This document shows, one piece after another, positions 20,401 to 29,942 of a DNA stretch of 64,000 bases. The DNA is taken from NCBI RefSeq assembly GCF_057098645.1, contig NZ_CM169472.1. One strand, given 5' to 3'. The notes beneath the pieces are model-generated. The model saw only the letters and a list, made by a program, of their open reading frames with translations. It did not search any database and had not been told where the DNA came from. Numbering within the stretch: the first letter of the stretch is position 1; the number at the start of each line of letters is the position of its first letter. Both the position numbers and the translations under genes were made by a program.

Positions 20401-20798
20401 TAAACCTGTTACAGTTCCTGCCGGATATGACCTTTACCAGCCGTAAAGCCGTGCATTTACCGCAGGAAAGCGTTGACACTAAAGTTTCGGCAACGCCAGA
20501 GGCAGTACCAGAGACTGATGAGAGTTGGGCTGAGATTATTGAGTTTGGCTTATTAAGCGCTGAAGAGATCGCGTTGCTTCAGTCTCATTCTCTCTCTGCG
20601 CCGACTCTCGGCTACGAATTGCAAAATGATGAAGGTGAAATTATTGCGGAAGCCGATCTCGCCTGGCCATCACAAAAATGGGCATTGATTATTGATAATC
20701 AAGAATTTATTCCATTATTCACAACCAGGGGTTGGCACGTTGCATTCGGGCCAATTGACGAAAATACATTGCAACATCTGTCCGGAGGTGACAAATGA
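14457..20798 (+). CDS. Second giant SF2 DEAH helicase-DUF1998-like fusion, paralogous to gene 1, with a C-terminal DUF559/Vsr-like PD-(D/E)xK nuclease-like motif, 2113 aa
   Basis: Start overlaps gene 3 stop (TGATG); AAGGAGAG RBS. Walker A TGTGSGKTE, motif II VVDELHTF, TSAT, QRIGRAGRKDG. Cys clusters CSHC...CPKCG, CLGCG, CSCNND...CYRC. C-terminal RPDYVLYP...VVIFLDGFAFH...KRQAIRDSGNFWVWTVTW. Confidence 0.85.
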   Translation: MLPSVVSRQVADSVAAFLRAAFPLNSPLFNGENNDNVSMLEQFLAQPETLLKGPYLSAQLPFRKSDLPLNFFPNLTLPFPPHAHQARAFQRLGSDAPQPTLVATGTGSGKTECFMFPLLNHCAGASHAGVKAIIIYPMNALATDQASRFAKTIASDPQLHGKVTVGLFVGDSEIEPSKKMSAEKVITCKHTLRESPPDILLTNYKMLDYLLMRPGDQPLWRYNQPGSLRYLVVDELHTFDGAQGSDLACLVRRLKHHIGVDNQRFACVGTSATVGDELGQLLDYAKTIFDQPFTDDAVIREDRYTAAEYLQDYAIAYSQYPGPEAASALDPQSYSTPVAYLNGQIPLWFPDSDLQLPDDLESDDGREKRIALGSLLRRHSVMHVLLHDLQGGILSERECLENLQVMLAESADHARRVLQSILALIAQARLEVPETEHDRQKRLQAKKARPVLPFVQLRSQLWLREMRRLVASVAKTPRLVFADDVAVEDREHYLPVIHCRDCHATGWASLRHGQSVQLETDLDGIYRQFFEKGRSIVLAFPDNNEKAVSGAHQKLCPTCLKLNRQSSVQCGHCGHTELLQVLIPDMLKERKDELEFANECPYCNSKQGISILGSRAASLSAVMIHQLYGSQFNEHKKLITFSDSVQDAAHRASFFTARTWPLMIRGQIASVLGEKETLPLDAFAARVCQQTRERSPDDAHFAANFIAPNMQWLNDYQTLKNEGKLAENSDLPELVSLRLDWEVYSEFTLRARIGRTLEATGYAVAGVDKDRFNPAITALHQQLCEELGDEMSGVSVEQVAHLALGVIWYQRQAGAVMHPAFESYRRDGTTFMMTQKERTSRYMPSIGPKTRKPAYASFEKINGFHRLIGAKSNPSWYQHWINRTLSNGNNLFISSVAETVLRRLFTALKIAGVVKDFDTKGREAWGLVPSALVVSRDVVQLNCSCCREVVRAPADQGWQWRNAPCLSLRCEGRYLEVDNMATWRWENMDIARVQGAEHTGLLSREDREATEKSFYRGNQPWNINLLSATPTLEMGIDVGDLSTVLLCSVPPAQANYLQRIGRAGRKDGNALNITVAEGNPHDQFFFEEPLEMMQGQVQAPGVFLNATAILERQLAAFCMDNWVKTGVPESAICKNVKQMLDELEFGRKSGFPYNLLRYIEQHHAEIAAQFTAIFPDLAAETRQQLLSYLQGAPGQRSLVQRIEEALKLLVEDRKSLRSRIDKLKRSIDKLENAPRDQNFDSDMRELTSERQALMALVNQINNKQTLNFLTDEGLLPNYAFPEAGITLRSVLWRRKEGGEAREYQNTTFEYERPASTALAELAPLNNFYAGGHKVEIEQIDLKVSEPENWRICSHCNYSENIDQTGDQHKYCPKCGTPGWADAGQKTTLLKLRQVYARASARDSQISDESDSREPAFFQRQLLVSFEKEDVSAAYAIEEGEVPFGFEFLSKVTLRDINFGKMADDANELMIAGEAKKRTGFKVCLGCGMVQRPRDHEPRHDLSCKYRTEPEKAKFEDYLYLYRQLESEALRILLPVSSYSNDRVVEASLGAAIQLGLKHYFKGNVDHLKGVVYREPENEGESWRQYLVIYDTVPGGTGSLKELMRTPDNLLKLLELAYQAIVECSCNNDTHKDGCYRCVYAYRDRGRMKYVSRDQARLLLAKILQARDSIRVIDSIKNISLEAMMGSELEKRFISCLQENKNLIVSRSYAHQGAGWIINTRSEPMMSWHLKAQVDLGAKEAVGIPCRPDYVLYPLMQSDAIKPVVIFLDGFAFHKNSVAEDVQKRQAIRDSGNFWVWTVTWADLKEPGLKHVQDVLGLGHNPDMKQPKFYNLFHDTNFAALEASFRERNSFALLLDYLADPGGRTQLWQRMAAAHAWVWLDVKKSQDAGTKQKYAYEMQENAPAWRLAELLPDEPFVFGGLLDSCNSSQQFIELASVLPQQAIKPTTSVAQMRSWLRLHICFDDRYTQDDGYEAGLNGFWRLVNLLQFLPDMTFTSRKAVHLPQESVDTKVSATPEAVPETDESWAEIIEFGLLSAEEIALLQSHSLSAPTLGYELQNDEGEIIAEADLAWPSQKWALIIDNQEFIPLFTTRGWHVAFGPIDENTLQHLSGGDK

Positions 20799-22909
20799 CG
20801 GTGCAAACGCCCAAGGTGGCACTTTCTGATGGTTTTCTGGGCGCATTCGCGCGGATCCCAAAGGCACAGCAAAAAAAGGTGCAGGAATTCATCTCCAAAT
20901 TCCGTCAGGACCCGACCAGTAATGGACTTAACTATGAAAAGATCCACGATGCGCGCAGTAAAAATGTCCATTCGGTGCGAATCGATCAAACTTATCGCGG
21001 CATTGTTCTGAAACCTGAACAGGGTGCCCTGTATATGCTGATGTGGGTGGATAAACACGACGAAGCATACGACTGGGCGCGGCGGCATGATTGTTCGATT
21101 CACCCGGTTACCGGCGCGATTCAGGTCATTGATATTAGCTATATCAAACCGGCACCGGAAGCGGTGGTTGATAAACCGAAACTCTTCGCGGCTTACAGCG
21201 CGGAACAGATTCTGGCCCTGGGCGTGCCGCCTGTCTTTATTGATCAGGTGATGGCGCTTACCGATGAAGCCGGGCTTAATCAACTTGAAAGCATAATGCC
21301 AGCAGAAGCCTGGGAACCTCTGCACTGGCTGGCAGAAGGGCTGGATTACCAGGAAGTGCTGGAAGAGTTTAACGATCATCATGATGAGCCTGTTGATACC
21401 AACGACTTTATGGAGGCGATTGAACGAAGTAAACGTCGCTTCCATGTCGTTGAAAATGAACAGGAGCTGTTGCAGATGCTTAATGCGCCTTTAGAAAAAT
21501 GGCGTGTATTTCTGCATCCGAGCCAGCGAAAACTGGTGGAGTCGCCCGCTAATGGTCCGGTACGAGTACTGGGCGGTGCAGGTACAGGGAAAACGGTTGT
21601 TGCGATGCACCGTGCGCGGTGGTTATCTCAGCGTCTGGCAGATAAACCCGGTAAGAAGGTACTTTTCACGACCTTTACGCGTAACCTGGCGGCAGATATT
21701 CGCGCTAATCTCCAGCGGTTGTGTACGCGAGAAGAGATGGCGCGTATTGACGTCGTTAACATTGATGCCTGGATGAGCGACCAACTAAAACGCCACGGTT
21801 ATGATTTCCGCGTGGTATACGACAGCGATGAAGGGCGACGCAAATGCTGGAACTATGCCTTGCAGCAGGCACCTGCCGAACTGGGGCTACCTGACAATTT
21901 CTATGCTGAAGAGTGGCAACGCGTTGTCCAGCCAAATGCGGTTTACACCCGGGAGGAATACCTCAAAGTCAGCCGGGTTGGACGTGGTACAGCGTTATCC
22001 CGTATTCAACGGGCGAAAATCTGGCCAGTCTTTGAAGAATTCAGAGCACAAATGGCGCGTGCCAAACTGCGCGAAATGGGCGATGCCATGCATGAGGCTA
22101 TTGTTCTGTTTAAAGAAAAACAGGTTCAACTACCTTATAGCAGTATTGTGGTCGATGAAGCTCAAGATATCGGTGCCCCGGCATTTACTCTTATTCGCAG
22201 CCTGGTTCCCGAGTCGCCCAACGATCTGTTTATTGTCGGGGATGGGCATCAGCGTATTTATCGCAATAAGGTCGTTCTTGGTCAGTGTGGTATTAACGTC
22301 CGTGGTCGTCGCAGTAAAAAATTGAAGATTAACTATCGGACCACAGAAGAGACGCGTCAATTTGCTGTTGGGCTGTTAACTGGTGTGAAGGTTGATAACC
22401 TCGATGGCGAAGCGGATACCAGTAATGATTATTTGTCATTACTGCACGGGGAAAAGCCCATGATTACGCATGCGGCAGATTTCAAAGAAGAGGCTGCAAC
22501 GCTCGTCAAGCAAATTCAGGCATTGCTGGCGAATCAGGTTCGTTCTCAGGATATCTGCATTACTGCGCGTACTAAACATGCTTGTGACCGCTACGCATCA
22601 GCACTGAATGACGCCGGAATTGAGACATTTAATTTAGGCAATGATAGCGGTGACAGCGATGCACGCCCTGGCGTGCGGGTTGCAACGATGCACCGTATTA
22701 AAGGGCTTGAGTTCCAGTATGTGTTCCTGGTGGGGATTAACGAAGGCGTTGTGCCGGAAATAAAAGCATTAGCATCCGATGATCCCGTTGAACAGCGTGA
22801 TGCATTATTTAATGAGCGCGCGTTACTGCATGTGGCTGCAACCCGTGCCGTAAAAGGGCTGTTTGTTTCATCATCTGGTGTCCCTAGTCCGCTATTAGTG
22901 GCTGACTGA
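20795..22909 (+). CDS. SF1 UvrD/PcrA-like helicase with N-terminal ~230-aa domain of unknown function, 704 aa
   Basis: ATGA start/stop overlap with gene 4; GGAGGTGA RBS. Walker A GGAGTGKT, motif II VVDEAQDIG, VGDGHQRIY, NYRTT, HRIKGLEFQYVFLVG, AATRAVKGL. Confidence 0.85.
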   Translation: MTVQTPKVALSDGFLGAFARIPKAQQKKVQEFISKFRQDPTSNGLNYEKIHDARSKNVHSVRIDQTYRGIVLKPEQGALYMLMWVDKHDEAYDWARRHDCSIHPVTGAIQVIDISYIKPAPEAVVDKPKLFAAYSAEQILALGVPPVFIDQVMALTDEAGLNQLESIMPAEAWEPLHWLAEGLDYQEVLEEFNDHHDEPVDTNDFMEAIERSKRRFHVVENEQELLQMLNAPLEKWRVFLHPSQRKLVESPANGPVRVLGGAGTGKTVVAMHRARWLSQRLADKPGKKVLFTTFTRNLAADIRANLQRLCTREEMARIDVVNIDAWMSDQLKRHGYDFRVVYDSDEGRRKCWNYALQQAPAELGLPDNFYAEEWQRVVQPNAVYTREEYLKVSRVGRGTALSRIQRAKIWPVFEEFRAQMARAKLREMGDAMHEAIVLFKEKQVQLPYSSIVVDEAQDIGAPAFTLIRSLVPESPNDLFIVGDGHQRIYRNKVVLGQCGINVRGRRSKKLKINYRTTEETRQFAVGLLTGVKVDNLDGEADTSNDYLSLLHGEKPMITHAADFKEEAATLVKQIQALLANQVRSQDICITARTKHACDRYASALNDAGIETFNLGNDSGDSDARPGVRVATMHRIKGLEFQYVFLVGINEGVVPEIKALASDDPVEQRDALFNERALLHVAATRAVKGLFVSSSGVPSPLLVAD

Positions 22910-23673
22910 TAATATGTCCAAAACAGACCAGGAGCCGAAACGCTCCTGGTCTATATAACCGTTCTGGCAACTGGCGATATTTATATTGCTTAGCTCCCAA
23001 CAGCCAGACAATATCAACTTAGAAATTATATTCGCTTATGCGGTTTGCATATTGCACAGTACAACCTGTTTTCTCTATATCTAACGTAACGTCAGGATGT
23101 GGATGATTTTTGGATGGGGTGACACACTGGACAAATATAGCTGGCACGAAAAGGCTGGCATTTCCAGCTGACCAATAGTCTCTGGAACCATGATGATGAT
23201 AAAATAAATATCTTAAGTTTTAAACGTATGATGCCAGGATTACCAGAATTATAAACGAATATATTAGTTCTTTTCTATTTGTTCAGGAGGGGTATAAAAA
23301 TTGCAATTGTTAATAGTATCGTCAGGACGATAAAAAGATAATCATGACAAAGGAAATTGAACTAAAATGATTGACATTTTACAGGTGGTTTGTCAGTGAT
23401 TTCTTGTTATTCATAATTTATTTTCCGTAAAAAATAGTAAGGTGATCACCTGAATAAAGGTAATCTCATATTTTGATGAGTATAGTGATTTTTTATTTCT
23501 CTGGTGAGGAATGAAGGAAATATCAATGGTAAGGAACGTCAGAGAATCAGGGAAAATTAAGGTCCCTCAGAAACACAATGCCGTTCACTTAAGCGGGGCG
23601 GCACTGTGTTTCACAGGATAACGGGTTTTTGATATCTTAACCGCCCTCGCCCTTGATGGTCGGGGGCGTTTTG

Positions 23674-24349
23674 TTATGAACACCACTTCCAGAGCCCCCG
23701 CAGATGCTCCAGTCGTTTCGGGATAGTCCCCGGTGACGCCGTGTTTCCCAGCACTATCATTTCTGTCACGATAAACTGGAACGCGAACTTAAAGCTGATC
23801 TCTGACGCCGCTTTTGTTGCCTCACGCCGTATCGCTCCGCTGGTAGGCGCGGTCATGGCATTCAGTAGAATGTGATTCCCAGATTCATTAACGCCACCAG
23901 ACGCATGACGGGGTAGGCGCTCTGCCGCTCAGTGGATGTGTTGGCAGAGCCATAATATTCACGCAGCTCGGGTTCATCAGGTGTCCTGAACTGTGCGCCA
24001 TCAATGGCAAAAAGTTGCAGGCCGTGCCAGTCATCCTGCAGGTAACGTTCCGCGCCCCATGTCTGTGCGGTCTGGCGGAAGAGCCATTCCACCGGGGCGG
24101 CCCCCACGCGCTGACGCGCCTGGGTGACAGCGCTGCGGGCGCCAGCAGGTTCATCCCCGCTTCGCCATCCACGCTCAGGTTAAGACGACGAACGGTCGCA
24201 TGAGCAGAAAGCGTCAGGAAGTGCTGTATCCACTCGGTGGGAAGGTGCTCTGCAAACAGTTGCGTAGAGGGTGGTGGCATAAGCGGATGGTCACTGAAAG
24301 TGGTATAAGAAAATGGCCCCTTGTTGTGGAAGTCGTTATAGTGCCGCAC
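23674..24349 (-). pseudogene. Degenerate transposase-like remnant (possibly IS4-family), broken across frames
   Basis: Three overlapping short minus-strand ORFs in different frames; one reads LFAIDGAQFRTPDEPELREYYG, reminiscent of IS4-family transposase N-terminal region; no intact ORF or terminal repeats found. Confidence 0.3.
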
Positions 24350-24402
24350 GCCGGAGGAGTTAAAAGCGCTGATGGATGCGAATAAATCAAATTAATGAAC
24401 GC

Positions 24403-25383
24403 TCACTTTTCGCGCCAAAACTGCAAAATTGCTTCTACAAACCTGTCAGAAATAATCCCCCGACGGGCTGCCGCGCTGAAATGACTGCTTCGCAGTGCCG
24501 TCGTCCAGTTCTCCGGTGACCGGTACGCTGAACCGTAATATCCCGTGCTTAAATCGTCCGGATCTTCATCAGGCGCGTTCGTTAGCCCTCTTGCACCTTG
24601 TTGCTGGAAGTCGACGAAAATAATATTAGCTAAAACATTATTTTGATAATTGCCATAAATAGCTTCATACGCATGAGGGAAATTTTCTTTCCAGTACCAG
24701 GTGGTATCGCCGCAAAACCACGGCGCGTCAGTAATATTATTAAGCTGAGAATGGTATTGTTTTAGATCCCTACGAAAGGCTTCAACCATATGATTAAAGT
24801 GTTGAGGATGTGACGCGTAGTCACTGGTCATTAAGTCAAATTCGCCTTGCATCCAGCATACGCCGAGGAATTTGTTCTGCGGATTTTTTGTCAGTGCGGC
24901 TCGCGTTCTGCTGACTAAATCCTGGTATAGCGGAGTATCCGTTCCCCAACGACAAGCATCATGGCTGGCTCCGTGCCGTTCTGAATATGTCCCTTCGCTG
25001 CCTGCGGTAAAAGCCGATCCGCCACGGCAACATGGAACGATGAGAACCCCTGCGTTAACAGGAATAAAGGGCAGTAATTTCCGTGCAATATGCAGTGCCT
25101 GGCCAACGGTGCCGTACTGTGTTTGATGATTCGTTGCCAGAGGATGGTGATAACCCTGCATATCCTGAACATCGTGTGGGCAGTGAGTCATTGGAATAAT
25201 GTCGTTAAAGTGACATGACGGGCCTCCGGGATGCGTATGCGCAAATCTCGCTAATTGTTTAATTCTGGGATGAGGCGCATCTTCCCTGTCCGGTAATGGC
25301 AGTCCTTCGCCATACGCCATGGCATTAGACTGACCAGCAACGGTAAGAACATAGTAATAATCAGGCGATATTATTGCGTTCAT
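24403..25383 (-). CDS. nanS: N-acetyl-9-O-acetylneuraminate esterase NanS (YjhS)
   Basis: Protein MNAIISPDYYYVLTVAGQSNAMAYGEGLP... matches my recollection of E. coli NanS; start taken at internal Met to give 326 aa; operon position after nanM. Confidence 0.85.
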   Translation of the reverse strand: MNAIISPDYYYVLTVAGQSNAMAYGEGLPLPDREDAPHPRIKQLARFAHTHPGGPSCHFNDIIPMTHCPHDVQDMQGYHHPLATNHQTQYGTVGQALHIARKLLPFIPVNAGVLIVPCCRGGSAFTAGSEGTYSERHGASHDACRWGTDTPLYQDLVSRTRAALTKNPQNKFLGVCWMQGEFDLMTSDYASHPQHFNHMVEAFRRDLKQYHSQLNNITDAPWFCGDTTWYWKENFPHAYEAIYGNYQNNVLANIIFVDFQQQGARGLTNAPDEDPDDLSTGYYGSAYRSPENWTTALRSSHFSAAARRGIISDRFVEAILQFWREK

Positions 25384-25447
25384 ATAAATTTCGCGTAATT
25401 GAAATGACAAATTGATAGCAGGGCCCCTTTACTGGGGCCCTGAAGCG

Positions 25448-26554
25448 TTAGTTTTGTACTGTGACTTTATTATCCTTCACAGAGATCAAAACTGAATCCG
25501 TCACCGCTTTGCCGCCTGCAGTTTCACCGCCAATAATCAATAGACTATTATTCCAGGGCAATGATACTCCGTAAGCCCGACCTTGCGATAATTCACCCGA
25601 TTTATCCCATTTCCCGTTATGCCAAAGATGAATATCAGTGCTATATGATTTTTTCAGGCCTTCATGCGCATAGTTCTTACCGTTTTGGTAATTTTCTCGT
25701 GAACCTTTGAATCCGGCCCCTCCGGCAAATATAAGAGAATCATTGCTTATCCCCGCAAAACCGCCAGCGACGCCATCTGGTGATGAGACGGGAGCAAGCT
25801 TATTCCATTTTAAATTATTACCGGTGAAATCAAGTTCAAATACGGCATCCGTTCGCAATCCTGGTTTGGCTTCGCCATTAATAAGCCAGGTTTTATCACC
25901 TTTATTCACAACCGCCGCACCAGCCGTCCCGTACCAGGGAGATTCGCCAGCGTAACTCCATTGCTGTGTAGAGGGATCAAAAGACAACAGAAACTTATTA
26001 AAGAAATAATCTTCTGCTTTTTTGTCAAAATAGTGTGCATTGATTTTATCTATAGCGGTTGAATCTTTTCCAGTTTCGTTGAGATCTTCAAAATAGCCAT
26101 TGAAGATATTCTGGTTAACACCGCCAGTAACATAAGCCTTGCCGTTGTGTACAAAAGTCACATGGCCCGCCATGCCCATCGGCGCGTGCGACATCAATTT
26201 AACCCAGCTATTGGTTTTGGGGTTGTATTTGTGTACGTCATTAAATACCTGAGTCAAGCCCTCGCTGTTTTTGCCAATGCCGCCAAACACATACAGATTG
26301 CCATCAATAAATGCAGAGGTTGCTTGATCTCTTGGTCCGCCAGGGAATGCAGCTAACGCTGTCCATTTTTTATCTTTGGCCTGTGTATCCAGCTTGTACC
26401 ATGCCGTACCTGCGCTACCTAAACCAATGTAGACAGTGTCGTTATCAATTGCTCCGGTACCACTTTTAAATGGCACAGGAGTTTCCGGTAATACAGACGC
26501 GTTTGCGGCAAATGAAGCCATCATGATAGCAAGCGCCGTTATTGTTTTATTCAT
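25448..26554 (-). CDS. nanM: N-acetylneuraminate mutarotase NanM (YjhT), Kelch-repeat periplasmic protein
   Basis: Signal peptide MNKTITALAIMMASFAANA, 368 aa from this start; ctcctg (GGAG on minus strand) RBS upstream. Confidence 0.85.
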   Translation of the reverse strand: MNKTITALAIMMASFAANASVLPETPVPFKSGTGAIDNDTVYIGLGSAGTAWYKLDTQAKDKKWTALAAFPGGPRDQATSAFIDGNLYVFGGIGKNSEGLTQVFNDVHKYNPKTNSWVKLMSHAPMGMAGHVTFVHNGKAYVTGGVNQNIFNGYFEDLNETGKDSTAIDKINAHYFDKKAEDYFFNKFLLSFDPSTQQWSYAGESPWYGTAGAAVVNKGDKTWLINGEAKPGLRTDAVFELDFTGNNLKWNKLAPVSSPDGVAGGFAGISNDSLIFAGGAGFKGSRENYQNGKNYAHEGLKKSYSTDIHLWHNGKWDKSGELSQGRAYGVSLPWNNSLLIIGGETAGGKAVTDSVLISVKDNKVTVQN

Positions 26555-26573
26555 TGTGACTGTCTCCTGTCTA

Positions 26574-27290
26574 CTACAGTTTAAATGACACACCAATGCG
26601 ATAACTGTTTTCCGATAAATTATCTCTGCCGTTGTAAACACCCTGACGGTCCAGGTAGTCATATTCTATGTATGGCGTAATATCGGGCGTCATATGGTAT
26701 TGTAGAACAAATGCATTTTCCGTCGCCCATTTCTTATGGTTTGCATAGCGATAATCGTTCTGTTTGCTGTATAGCGTCGTTTGCCATGCGAAGGTGAAAT
26801 CACTATTAATATGGTAAGTGACATATCCATCCCAACGATGAACGTTATCACGAGACATATCACCGGATAAGTCTTGTTGTCGGTAAGCTTTCCAGTCGTA
26901 ACGATAGCGAATGCCAAAATTAAGATCTTTTGTCGCGTCCCAGGACAGTTTTACGTAGGGTCCGTAGCGTGTGCCGTTGCTGCTAAAATGCGTTAACATT
27001 CCCGGGCGCACCGTCCATTGATCATCAAGTTTAATCGCGTAATTAACTTCAACCTGAACATCATTGAGTGCGGCATTTTCCTTTTTATTATCATGAATGG
27101 TATTCCAGGTATTACTTTCCATGCTTGCCCACCATCCATTTTGCCATCCCTCACTGACTTTGAGTCGAGTCTCATAGGCGTGGCTTCCACTACGATATCC
27201 ACCACGTACGTCCAGTGTCGCAGCCTGAGAAATTAATGGTGACGAAAAGCACAGTAATAATACGCCAGAAAGTATTTTAGCCTTTTTCAT
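26574..27290 (-). CDS. nanC: N-acetylneuraminic acid outer-membrane channel NanC (KdgM family)
   Basis: MKKAKILSGVLLLCFSSPLISQA signal peptide and beta-barrel-like sequence; 238 aa; first gene of nanC-nanM-nanS. Confidence 0.85.
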   Translation of the reverse strand: MKKAKILSGVLLLCFSSPLISQAATLDVRGGYRSGSHAYETRLKVSEGWQNGWWASMESNTWNTIHDNKKENAALNDVQVEVNYAIKLDDQWTVRPGMLTHFSSNGTRYGPYVKLSWDATKDLNFGIRYRYDWKAYRQQDLSGDMSRDNVHRWDGYVTYHINSDFTFAWQTTLYSKQNDYRYANHKKWATENAFVLQYHMTPDITPYIEYDYLDRQGVYNGRDNLSENSYRIGVSFKL

Positions 27291-27710
27291 AAATTTCACT
27301 CATTTGTAGGATACAGAAAGCAATACAAAGCCCGCATAAACAATTAGCATTTATGTTGTGTAATATTTTTTGCCAGGCTTATAGTGTCTTTGGCAACGGG
27401 TAGCTTATTTTATATTTTTTGTATAAGGTCTCCTGTGAAAATTCTCTTTCCACATTATTTAAATAAACAGAGAGCCAGATTAAATACCTGAGTATAAAAT
27501 CTCTTCTGATGTTTAATTGATTTGAATGTTCGTAAGCTATATCACTTACTCAATTCATTTTACCCAGAGTCATAAAATAGAGTGTCTATTGATCTCATTT
27601 TCATATTCCTTTCAGACTGAAGTGCGTTTTCATCACCCGATGAGAAAGAACTGAAGTGATGTTTGCCATAGATTGCGAGATGCCCTGTCTCATTGACTAT
27701 CTTGGTGCAC

Positions 27711-27730
27711 CTTTATACCTGTTATACCAG
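27711..27730. promoter_or_regulatory. NanR operator-like GGTATA repeat (minus-strand GGTATAACAGGTATA) upstream of nanC
   Basis: Plus strand tatacctgttatacc = two GGTATA hexamers in the arrangement I recall for NanR operators; about 420 bp upstream of the nanC start. Confidence 0.5.
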
Positions 27731-28093
27731 ATCAAAAATCACGCAATCCATACAACAAAACCAGATTTGCAATTCGTGTCACAAAATATGTCGATCTTTT
27801 TCTAAGAGGAAGATGCCATGTGAAGCCAGACGAACACTTGCAGTGGTCTTCAAAAACTAAAGATCTTCTTTTAACTATTTGTTTTATAAAAATTTATTTA
27901 GAGTCTAAACAAGGGAAGCTTTGCAAGCTAACTCAGTGAGCTTGGTGAAAATCAGTGTTTACCCGCCATCAGGCTGAGCATAATTCTCATCATGAAATAT
28001 GTTTCCTGGTTTGTGGCTTGTAACTGGTCACTTCTGAAGTCGATCTGGAGAGGCTTGTTGATGTTGGTGTTTTCAGGATGATGTTTCACTTAG

Positions 28094-29289
<1,196 letters not shown>

Positions 29290-29942
29290 TTAGTTTGTTT
29301 GCCGTATCGCCCGGCGAATGGCTGTGATTGAGGAAGGTTTAAGTCGTAGTGACCAAAGCCATATTTACCAACGAATGTAGATGAAAAAATCGTTTCCTGC
29401 TTTCCCCCATATCTCCATGATAAAAAGGAATGTAACAATCTCATGGCCTAAACTGACGAACCAGCCAGGAATAATCGCTAGGGACCTAAGAATTAGCATG
29501 ATAATAGCCACTAAGAAATTACTGCGTTCCATGAAATAGCCATTTTGTGGCAAATGGAGTTGACTAATAATGTCATATGTGAGACGGCTAGTTGAACGAA
29601 TATTAAATTTTGCTGAATTTTTTATGTTGATTTTACTTGTTACAGAACATATCACATGATATATAGATAAGATTAGTTGCATTAATGATGAGGGTTATTA
29701 TTAGATTCGTATCCGATTGATAAATATATAAAGGTACATAGCATGCAAGAGCATAGCGTTTGTATGGCAACGTTATTATAATTAACTGTTGCTACTCCAT
29801 TTAAGTTCACTCAGAAGAACTGGTCCACTTACGTTAGTTATTAAACAAACGTTCGCTTTTATAAACATAATCAGGATAAAAATGTTGGATTATTGCTAAC
29901 CCAGCACAGCTAGTGCGCGTCTGTAATTATAAGGGAAAAACG

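Noticed and set aside
20699-21445. 248-aa minus-strand ORF
   Set aside because: Antisense to the gene 4 / gene 5 junction and the gene 5 N-terminus; the plus-strand genes have RBSs and conserved helicase motifs.
21801-22325. 174-aa plus-strand ORF in an alternative frame
   Set aside because: Embedded out of frame within the SF1 helicase gene, whose frame carries the conserved motifs.
139-22909. Separate phospholipase-D-family nuclease gene (DrmC-like) expected for a canonical DISARM locus
   Set aside because: No small ORF exists between or after the five genes and I saw no obvious HxK(x)4D motif; recorded as absent rather than annotated. The only nuclease-like motif is the PD-(D/E)xK-like segment inside gene 4.
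29365-29682. 105-aa minus-strand ORF upstream of fimB
   Set aside because: Lies in the AT-rich fimB regulatory region, which I recall as non-coding in E. coli; hydrophobic low-complexity translation typical of AT-rich noise.
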